Source: Cercozoa sp. M6MM (taxonomy: Eukaryota > Protista > Endomyxa: Ascetosporea). Taken from it: DNA of 64,000 nt. Below are positions 10,681-21,766 of this stretch, piece after piece; the stretch's first letter is position 1; each line of letters begins with the position of its first letter. A model generated the notes under the pieces. It had not been told where the DNA came from, made no database searches, and was given only the letters and a program-made list of their open reading frames with translations. A program made the translations under genes and the position numbers. Location of the stretch: NCBI GenBank assembly GCA_040357565.1, contig JBDODJ010000018.1; one strand, given 5' to 3'.

Positions 10681-13600
10681 ATGAATGCATTCATCGTTGA
10701 CGCTGGCGCAAGATGTTCTCGTGTGACATTTTTGTTGTCGAATGAGCCTGTGTGGCACAAGCGCATACCATCTTACAAGTACGCTCGATCTTTTCCGTGG
10801 CTTGTGTCGTTTTGTAGGATATAATGTGCATTTTGACTTAGAATTGCGGTGAGAGTCCCGCCTGTCCGGCGTGCCAGTCACTCTCTCAAGCACCGGTGTG
10901 GTCGATTCAATGCGCTCTGTCCTTCGGTTACATTGTTACATTAAACGATGCACAGATACACAACGCGCCTACAGAGTGAAGCAGACTGCGAGAAGGTAGC
11001 AGAGACAGGAGCCAGGGACCAGGACGGCCCAAGTGCAGCGAGCGAGAGCTTGAGCTTGGGGAAACCCGTGTCGCTGTGCAATGACTTGCTGCACTCGGTG
11101 TTCTCGTTCGCCTGCAGCGACGTACGTGATGCGGCTCGCTTGGCCTCTGTTAGTTTGCACTGTCTTGTTGCCGTTCTTGCCTCTGGTTTACCATTATGTT
11201 ACCACCTCAGGTGTGCAAGCCATGGAACCGCGCACTCCGCTCGCACCAGGTCTTGTGGAAACACCTCGTGATGCAACAGTGGCCACACACACAGGTAGAT
11301 TGAGCTGCTTCAATATACTCCGGCTGACCATCCCAAGTGTGTGTTGTCCAGGAGAAGAAGGATGTCGATTGGTTCTCGCTATTCGCGGTGCGTGCCATGG
11401 TGAGTAATTGGGCCTACAGTCATGCACATGTCTGTCGTACCATCCATGACATGGAAATTTAGGCTGGTTCGCATGCGACCGTTTCAATCGAGAACTGCGA
11501 CTTTGGGATGCTCACACGGCAGTCCAGCAGCAGTGGGGTACATTTGGTTCTTTCTCCAGACTGGGTATGAGTTTAACACGCACATATCTGCAGGAGTGGC
11601 GCGATCACGCGACATTTCGTTTCCAGTGTCCTCTCCGCGTGGACGGTCCTCTTATGCGACGCACTGACAAGGGTAGAAACTGGGTCAACGCAGACACCGG
11701 GATGATGTGGAAAGTGACCACGTGTGTGTGCAGTCGACGTGGACCATTGTCTCGTGTGTCAGCGTGATGTGCACATCGTCGATGCTGTGCCTGATTTGCT
11801 GCGTGTCGTGGATTCGTACTCTTTTAATCTTGCCCGACGGTATATGACTGTGTGTGCGCGCATTGCTTGTTATATTGCAGCGGCGAGTGCGTGCGTTTCG
11901 CAGCGGATGAGAAAGGAAAGGTGTTGCAACTAAGTGTAAATGTTTGGGGATGCACCCTCTGGGAGCATGAATATTCTGCGCAGATTGTTGAATACAGAAA
12001 GGGTGCCGGCGAGCTGCGCTTGATGGCTGGTCTAATGATGTAGCATTTCCTTTGATGTCCCCCTTATTTTGTTCACTGCCTCTTTTCACACAGGCAAAAC
12101 ACACGTCTGTTTGGCGAGCAAGCACTTGCAAAACAGTTCGGGCTGCACTCGCCCAAGTGGCCTCTCCTCTTTGGCAACAAGTTTGCCGACGCTGACATGT
12201 GGGGCTACCTTGTGATGATGCCATTCAACGCGTGTGCCTTTCATCTACAAGATCATGCGTTATGAGGAGGTGTGTGTGTGTGTGTGTATATGGACACGCG
12301 CTTGTGCGTGTAGACGGAGTCCGAGATGAGAATCTGCTGTTTGAAGAGAGCCAGCACAATGTATTCTTGACAATTCGCAAGGTCCGTCAAACTCTATTTG
12401 ATCTGACCTGTGTGTGTCTGCTGGACGACGTGCTGGACGTGTGTTTTCACCAAGACCATACCATGCCGTTTGTATGCAGACTCCGACTCGCCAGGAGGCA
12501 ACCAACATGTGCGAGTTGTTCTTTGACTTCGAGGTATAAGACACCTGAGACTTCAAACGAGGGCGCTTGTGATGCGATTTTGCTGCGCACAGGCGCCGTC
12601 GATTTCGTTGCTGCACGAAGCAGCCTGTGTGCGATCATTGTATGAGTCTGAAAAAAGCAAAGATGCCGACGAAACCGACGTGCAGACTGTGGTGCTGTCG
12701 ATGTCAGCCTCGCACACGACCGCTACCCTGCTAGTCGACACCAACATCGACACTGACACTGACACTGATAACTCGAGTGTGTACGTCACTCATATCACCC
12801 CTGACTGCAAGGGAATCTGCGTGTCGGGCGATGTCGTTGGCGATGACATCTGCCAGTGGTTGCAGCGGCGTGCTTCTTTAGTCAAGAGTAACTCTTTGGT
12901 CCTTGTACCTCTTAAACCTATATCGCTACCCTTTGTCTACCTGCAGTGCCCAAAAGACGCAACGTAAGTGAGGGTGACATCAGCAAACCCGCACTACCGG
13001 CACAAGTTATTCTCTCGGACGAGCGGCATCGCTCAGGTTTTGGCATTGTTGCACACAAGGTACTTCACTCAAACTTTTCTTGTCGCTGTTCATCTCGACG
13101 TGCGTATGTGAAGCTGGTGCACACATGTGCGTCGCGCGACGAGTTCGACCGCGTGATGGAACAAACTAACACCAATCTCCGTGCTGACACCATGCTGTGT
13201 GCAGAGCTGCCTGTGTTTGAGAATTTCAACGGTATCTTTTCTGTGTGCAATTGCTTGGGTTTATGAGCACGAACGTCTGTCGCTCTGTCTGCACAGACCT
13301 GTTTGAAGAAGGTGGCACCTTTAGCGTCTCGCTGAAGGAGGCAGCGTTCGCTGGTGAGTGCCGTTTCCAGCGACTGCTGGCATGTTCCACTGTTCCGGAG
13401 CTGCTGGAGTCGCTGGTATAGATCTTGTTTGCTGCCTTCTGGGTTTTCTTGACTTATAGTACAATGTGCATGTCCTTATCTCAATGAACTCAGCTGCAAG
13501 AGGCACGTAACCGTGGTGCGTCCGTGTCGACCAAGCTGTGCGTACTGGTGGAAGGTGCCTACGCCAGCGATGGTTTCTGCGAGCGACTCCAGCACGAACT

Positions 13601-13871
13601 GCAACAGCTCCTACCCGAAGGTACATCTGCCTCTGTTGCCCGTACTTCTGTGAGTCCTCCCTCATGTGCCACTACGCCAGTTCATCACTGGAGTGTGCAC
13701 AACATGGGCGTCGACGCCGTGCACCAGGGTGCCGTGCAGCTCGCCAGTGCATCGCCAGAGCGGCAGCGACGCCACGTGCTTGTGACGGTGCGTAGCAGCA
13801 CCGGCGAACAGGCAGGACAGTCGCTCGACGACGCTGTATGCGCCTTGACGCATGCGAAACCCCGTCATTAA
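10681..13871 (+). CDS. Divergent actin-related protein with an F-box and Cys-rich domain inserted in subdomain 2
   Basis: Actin-like blocks in collinear order: AFIVDAGARCSRVTF..P...IPS; LFGEQALAKQFGLHSPKWPLLFG; ESQHNVFLT; RQEATNMCELFFDFEAPSISL; VLVEGAYASDGFCERLQHEL; AVHQGAVQLAS. F-box: LCNDLLHSVFSF...AARLASVCKPWN. All junctions are GT-AG and keep frame. Confidence 0.8.
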
Positions 13872-15053
13872 TATTGATTCGATACTGACTGGACGTCGGC
13901 GTAAACCGCGCCGTCTTTAAGTACTCCGCTGCAGGACATTAGGTTGTTGTCCGGTCGGTTGCATGTTGACGTCCGCGCCGGTCGACAGACTTTTCGATAC
14001 GAACCCCTGACGTCTAAACGATAGAACTAAATAGGTAGCCGGGGTTTGGATGGCCCCACCCGAAGCGAGTGGTGGATTACGGCCATGCTCTTGTGACCCA
14101 CCCCCACGAGACTGACTCAATCCCACGTGTTAGCTGGAGAATTCACCCTTAAAATACATATACCACAATCTACTTATCTATGGTGCTGTACTCCGTCATT
14201 GAGTATGTCGCGGTTTCGTGTGAGGCTCACCTTCGCTAAGATTGGATGCTGTCTCAGTCTCTGCTTCGACCCACCGATGCTACCAGCGAGTACGGATTGC
14301 GTCGCATTGGGCCAGCGAAGGAGACGATCTGGGCAACTAGTGACAAAACACAGTGTTTCATTACGCTTCATGTGCGTTTTACAATGACTGTATCTGTACC
14401 ATCTGCAGCTCGGGCTGACGCGGGTGGAACTGTCACCGGCTTCCCCATCAAAGCGTCGAGGTAGCGTTTTGGCACCGTGCACGTGACACTTTGGCGAGCG
14501 TTTTTTCGATGCCGTCACATGGGGAACCGTTTACCCAGTTCACCGAGAAGCTAGCCATTGCGGCCCTAGCAATTTAATTTTGTCATATCGCCAAGACGCG
14601 CATTTGGAGTGCTCGCTCTTCAAGGCGAAAATCTGAGGTGTATAGCGAAAATAAATTCGAAACACCCACGACCCGTTCCCGGCACCGTGCGGCCGAAACC
14701 CGAGCCGTTTCATTTTACTGCAAGAGCACGAGAACTGAACTAAACTGGCTGAATCCAGCTGAGGGAATTTACGCTCACGGTGGAGCCGGTATGCCCAAAC
14801 CAGGATTGCACTTAACTAGTACAGTACTCTAGATGTGCGAGTATCGTACCGTGAATTAGCGTCGTACCGTACTGAACGCAGATTACTGTAATTCAAACTG
14901 CGCTGGTAACGCCTGCAGCTACAGTAATGATCACTTTTGGGTAGTAGCCACAGCCGTCGCGGGCGGCGGAGCCGGCTTGACGTCACGGCTGCACAGAAAC
15001 AGGTTATTCCGGGTAATGCCAGATTGTATACAGTGACAAGGAGTGCGTCAAAT

Positions 15054-15588
15054 TTACATGCGTTCTCCAGTCACAGCGAAGTGTTGAGCCGAAGCCTTGT
15101 CGACACGAATGTCTAGTTGGATCGGAGGTGCCTTCGCTGCGCGTCTGGCGATAAGTGCCTCCACTGTTGCAAGCTACGCAATGGAAACGACGAGTGACGG
15201 ACGATGGAGTCGAATTGACGGAATGTAAGCTTACATTTTGTCTGCGAGCATATCGCCTCCAAAGCGCAAAGAACTTTCCTGCCTTCAGCGTACTTTTCGT
15301 CTGCATGGCAGCCAGCATTAGGGTGTGCATCTGCTGCAGTCTTTCGACGTCATTGATACCTATTTACAAATCAACATGTCCTACAAAAACAATATCCCCA
15401 TCGCCACCAAGCGCCACTTTTTGATTTCCCAGCCCACCAACCACGTCAAACGCGATTTGCTCCAGCATCCCTTCCGAGTAGTTTCGATTACCAGATAACG
15501 TGGCGCTTGATGGCGAACCAAACTTTCCGTAGATTGGATGTTGTCTGCGTCCGCGCGGATCTGCGGTGATCGGAGTGTCAAACAACAT
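15054..15588 (-). CDS. Hypothetical protein (tentative 2-intron model)
   Basis: ORF pieces join in frame through GT-AG introns; no recognisable motif. Confidence 0.3.
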
Positions 15589-15720
15589 CTGCGAAACAAC
15601 TTGAAAAAGTTGAGAAACGTCATCGCAAGCACCTCCCGCACTAGGATTGCTATTCGGTGCTTTATTAAAGCGTTTTTAGAGGGCACACACTGCCACGTAC
15701 AGTTGCGATCCTGTGTCAGC

Positions 15721-16897
<1,177 letters not shown>

Positions 16898-17020
16898 TTA
16901 AGACAGCGGTCATGCCACGCCTTGATACTCGCGAGCGAGTTGATGATAGTTCGCTTATGACCCACCCCAGCAGGACTGATACAGGGAAACTACATAGTTG
17001 GTTTCGTTTCTTAGTAGATT

Positions 17021-17058
17021 GAACTAACTACCGTACGGTAGTCGAGTTCAGTTAGTTC
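17021..17058. promoter_or_regulatory. Nested palindrome at a convergent gene junction
   Basis: Perfect 16-bp palindrome ACTACCGTACGGTAGT (17027-17042) inside inverted arms GAACTAACT/AGTTAGTTC. Function inferred only. Confidence 0.5.
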
Positions 17059-18340
17059 GCATGGTCAAGGTGCAGATCAACGATCACCGTCACGTCAGTC
17101 TCGTCGCTCACGCAGGCGTAGGAACCGTCAGCCCCTACATACAAAAATGCGGCACTGGAGAAAGGAAGATAGCACGGGAGAGTGTGTGTGTACGCAGGTG
17201 TCGCCTCACATCGGCAGCGATGGCAGCGCGCACCTGCGCCGTGAGTGCCGGCAGCGAGGGCTCGGGCGGCGACGCGGTGGCACGGCACCACACGACGACG
17301 TCGCTGCCGGTGGCAGAGAACACGGCGCCACTCGGTCCGCCTTCGTGCACGTGCGAGTCGCCGTGCGAGTGGCCATGTGAGTGACTGTGACTGTGGCCGT
17401 GCGAGTGACTGTGACTGTGGCCGTGCGAGTGACTGTGACCGTGTGAGTGACTGTGATTGTGATCGCGTGAGTGACTATGTGAGTGCCCATGTGAGTGCTC
17501 AAGATCATGACTATGACTGTGACCATGTGAGTGACCGTGTGAGTGACCATGCGAGTGACCATGACCGCCATCACCGAGCTGGCACTGATCGGCTAGCGCG
17601 CGCAGCGTGGTGCCGAAACTTGCCTCGCGCAGCTGCGGGAAATCGCGCAGCACACGGCGCCGCAACTGACCCAGGAAACCGTCGCTGCCCGGGAAGGGAG
17701 GACAAATTGTCAGAGTAAAGGGGTAGAGGGTAGAGGGTAGAGGGTAGAGGGTAGATGGTAGGGGGTAGGGGGTAAGGGGTAAGGGGTAAATAGTAAAAAG
17801 TGAATTGATAAATTGTAAAGAGGAAAAGGTTAAAGTGTAAAGATGGATACTTATAGAGTCGCTTTGGCGTCATGTGCAGCAGCGTGCGCATCACTTGTGC
17901 GAACAGCGGAGCCACTCTGGGGGGGGGGGTAAATGGGGCATGGGGTACGGGGCAATAGCACAGGCTACAGGTAGACAGAGATAGCGGCGGCCACGACGAT
18001 CTTGGTGGCCTCGATGGTGCGCATGTTACTCAGCACACCGTCAGTGGCGCCATCAGTACCCTCAGTGGCACCGTCAGTACCGTCAGTGGTACTCTTTGAA
18101 GCGTCAGTGACACCGTGTTGCACCGTGGCCCACGAGGCCGCGAGCCAGGTGAGGCACATGTCACACGCACGTGCCAGTACCAGTAGCATGGCACTGGCAC
18201 CCAGGATACGATCGCCCGGCAGGTGACCATCCAGTAGATGAGTGACCACCTGATCGCGTGCCAAATAGACCAGTGTCACCGTTAGTGTCACTGCCTGCAG
18301 GAAGGCCATCACCGTCCACACCGCATCGTGTGTCTCCAGT
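17052..18340 (-). CDS. 3' part of a divergent cation-diffusion-facilitator (ZnT/MTP-like) membrane protein with a His-rich tail; 5' end lost in gap
   Basis: Hydrophobic helices, then VAPLFAQVMRTLLHMTP (matches the CDF 'PLLxxSxxxLLQxTP' junction), then a C-terminal domain ending TVIVDL, with a long (HS/HG)n tract. Confidence 0.55.
17345..17575 (-). repeat. Coding His-Ser/His-Gly tandem repeat
   Basis: Encodes GHGHSHGHSHGHSH...HVH; built from GTGACC/GAGTGA units on the + strand. Confidence 0.9.
17720..17790 (+). repeat. (GGGGTAGA/GGGGTAA)n G-rich intronic repeat, G-quadruplex-capable
   Basis: About nine G3-G5 runs spaced by TA/TAGA, inside an intron of the minus-strand gene. Confidence 0.85.
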
Positions 18341-18362
18341 CTACATACAAAGGTACTCAGGC

Positions 18363-18410
<48 letters not shown>

Positions 18411-18510
18411 NNNNNNNNNNNNNNNNNNNNNNNNNNNNNNNNNNNNNNNNNNNNNNNNNNNNNNNNNNNNNNNNNNNNNNNNNNNNNNNNNNNNNNNNNN
18501 NNNNNNNNNN
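18411..18510. other. Assembly gap (100 N)
   Basis: N run flanked by (CA)n and a G run. Other gaps: 45389-45488, 50822-50831, 57451-57550. Confidence 1.
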
Positions 18511-18529
18511 GGGGGGGGGGAAGTGAAGT

Positions 18530-19292
18530 GCACGTGCAACTGCGTCATTTCGGCTGTGAGCGAGTCGCGAACAGCGTCTCGCAGATGCACCCGGCACAGG
18601 GCGTGCAGCACGAGAACCGCCTGTCTGACCAAAGGCTCCTCAGCGAGAGTCCAGCGCTGCTCACTGCGCTCAGTCTCGGTCGACGAGGCCATCACGGCCA
18701 GCAGCACCACCTGTGCCACGTCATGGATGCCCTGCACGTAGTGTATCCGCGCATCGGCAGCGAACACGGCGTCCAGCACCACGCGCAGCTGCACGCGACG
18801 GCGCTCGCACTCGGCCTCGCTGCGCCGCTCCTCGCTGTGCGGGAAAAAGAAGCTGCGCTCGACGTCCTTCGCCACCACCAGTTCGAACTCGTGACTGCGC
18901 ACTTCCTTCAGGCACTGACGCCGCTGCTGCACCTTGCTGTCCCCCTCGCTAAGTGAGGAAGTTGGCGTCTCGTCCAGGTCGACCGGCTCCTTCTCACCAG
19001 AGTCGCAGAAGAGAGCACGCGCATTCGCGAACCTCGTTGGAAGATCAAAAAGCGACTCTTCAATGTCGTGTGCCAACTCGCGTGTGCTACTGTTGGACGA
19101 AGGCGACAGCTCGGCCTCGTCGCATGTCGTCCCGATTGGACTGTTCTCTCTCAGCGCGCTGCTCGCCGGAAGACCAAGTAGAGCTGGCCAAACTTGCACT
19201 CGAAGCTCAGCAGGTACGGCTTCTGCGCGAACACGCTTCCGCAGCGACGAAACATCACGAAGGGCCACAAGCTCTCGCCAACTCTCCGACAT
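18530..19292 (-). CDS. TBC-domain Rab-GAP, TBC1D20/Gyp8-like (5' part; rest lost in gap)
   Basis: ELRVQVWPALLG, VVAKDVERSF (Arg finger), HYVQGIHDVAQV (Gln finger). Confidence 0.85.
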
Positions 19293-19729
19293 TTCCAAAA
19301 CTACGGAACCAATAAAACCCCACGATCTCGTTGCGCGCTAGCACCGATCAGTCGGCTAGCTGTGCATACAATCAGCAGTACAGTATCGTGCACTACTGCA
19401 CTGTAGTTCTACTGTACTGTACTGGACTGTACGGTGGATGTTCCTTGTAGCCAGCCGTTGGGACCAGGGTTGTACAATTGTACCGTGCAGCCATGCACCC
19501 CCAAAACTTTTGTCGACTTCACCAGAGTGACCAGGTGGTGCCAGGTGCTCAGTGCTAAGTGTGCCGCCGGTTAAGAGTTGGGCAGCGCTCAGAGACACGT
19601 TTCCTTCCTTTGGTCAGGCCTTGGATTTTTCCCCTGGTCGGTTGGCGATCGTGCGTGCCAGGTGAGAAAAGCCTCGTATTCTTTGGAACAAACCAAAGCT
19701 CACACCAAATCACTCTCCAGGGTCCAAAA

Positions 19730-21681
19730 ATGGAGGTCGAAACGACCGTCACCACCGAGACGGTGCGCAGCACCCAGGCTTCGTCTGCCCACCGACTACC
19801 GCAGCGAGATGACGACCATTCGCTGCTCGCGTATCATCAATACTGAGATACTTCGTTCCACACGATGGCACTCTTTTGTGTAGGTGTGCTCTGCGTGAAG
19901 CCCACTCAACGCGTCTAGTGCAGGTATGTTTGCCTGAGAGCAGACCTGACAAATGACACATTTAGTTACTGCTGCGTTTTTTGGATTTAGGTGAACGTGT
20001 CGAGTTCGAGCGTTGAATTTAAGCAGCGCTCGCAGCAAGACGACGATGATTTTGCGCTGCGCTTCAACTGCGACCTGCAGAAACGCGACCGCACGGCCGT
20101 GGCGCAGCGCAAGCGGCACGAGGAAGCCAAGCGTTCGCTCGCTGCCGCGGCCGAAAAGGTGTGGCACGCCTGAGTGCTGTAGTGCCTTGTCGTGATCCTC
20201 CGATACTGTTGTTTTTGTGGTTATGATAGCGCATGGAGAAGATCAAGCTGCGCAGCGAGGCCACGGAGGAACTGGACGCGACCAACGTGAGTGACTCGGT
20301 CGCTGACAGCACCCACACGACCACCGAGGCCGCCAGGGACGACGAGCCCTCTGTTGCTCCCGAGGAGGACGAGAACTCGCCTTTTCACCAGGACATGCAA
20401 CCGAGCGCTCTGGTGACGGACTTTGCGTTGGCCCCAGCAACGACTGAATCGGTGCGCAAGCTCATCGACAACGCCAAGGACCAGCAACTTGGCCTCATGC
20501 ACAAATACTGCCGCACGCTGCCTGCCGAGGTACTACTCTCTTCATCCTCTTTTTGGGGTCTGTATGTATTGTGCCTGCTGGCAGTATCAAACACAACCGG
20601 GACGCTACGCGTTGCCGCCGCTGTGGAAGCAGCCAGAGATGTCGTCGATCCTGGTAGCTTGTCCCACCCTGAATAGATGATGCAGAATGCATTCGTTTTT
20701 ATTTTAGGTCTCGTTCGACACGATCTGCATGGGCACCACGCGTCAGATTGAGCCGTTTTTTCTCTCGGCGAGTCTGTTTGACACCAACACACAGCAGCGT
20801 GTGTCCGAATGGTTCCACACCGACAGTCTGAACGGTACCACTCACCTGTACGTGTTTTACTCTGATCCACACACCTGCTTTTTGTAGACGAGTCGACCTT
20901 GACAGGGTATCTTGCGGAGACTTGATATGTGTTCTTAAGCAAGGTCATGTTGCAATACATTTAGCGACTTGAACGTCATGCGGAGCCTTAGCACTCCCGT
21001 CACCAGAAGTCGAACGGTGCGCTGCATGTGTGACCTCAAGGATGTGTTGTACCACATGTGTCTTGTATGTACACAGGCGATCTTCAAGGTGGCGGAGCGG
21101 CGGCCGGAAATCATCTTAGTGGTGCGCGTGGAACGCGTGCTTCAGGGCGACAATGACGCGGCCTCCAAGCCGTACCTCAGTCAGCGCGAGTTGGAGAAGC
21201 TCGGCAACCCAAAGGAGCTGGACAAGCTGTCAAACAAGGCGCGCGAGACCATCAGTCGCCTCGTCAAGTGGCGCACGAGTTTTGCCTGGTGCTTCCAGCG
21301 TCTCTTTGACGCCGAGGGCAACCTCCAGCCGTCGAACGCGAGTCTTGGAGGCTCGCTGGGTGCTGCCGCCGAACAGTCGTCGGACCCGCTGCTGGCGCCG
21401 CGTGCCTACGAGATTCCGCAACTGTTCTACCAGAAGGAGCCTGAAAGCGAGTACGACTTTGCGTGCCGCGTCTCTCAGTGCGCCAATGATCCCTCGGTAC
21501 TGCGCAAGCAGAAGCAGTTCCCGACGGCGTGGCTGCGTCTCGCCGCTCGCTACCTGGAGCGCGACATGCCGCAGCATCGCGTGGACGGACAGTGCATCCC
21601 GCTGAGTCTGCCGCCTTCGGCCTCGCCGGTGCAACTCGATGAGGACGAAGGTATTTTCTTTATGTTGTTGCCTGCCTGCCT

Positions 21682-21766
<85 letters not shown>

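Noticed and set aside
12361-12381. Apparent in-frame TGA suggesting recoding or selenocysteine
   Set aside because: The actin-matching frame (ESQHNVFLTIRK) is open and splices 12382-12479. TAA, TAG and TGA all end genes in this window, so there is no sign of a variant code.
13917-14560. Possible small gene
   Set aside because: I could not build a consistent spliced model or find a motif.
17376-17570. CRISPR-like or satellite array
   Set aside because: Short degenerate units with no unique spacers; it encodes the His tract.
17720-17790. Interstitial telomere
   Set aside because: Units are heterogeneous, and similar tracts occur in many introns.
17052-19292. TBC-transporter fusion gene
   Set aside because: Joined only across an N gap and both halves are incomplete.
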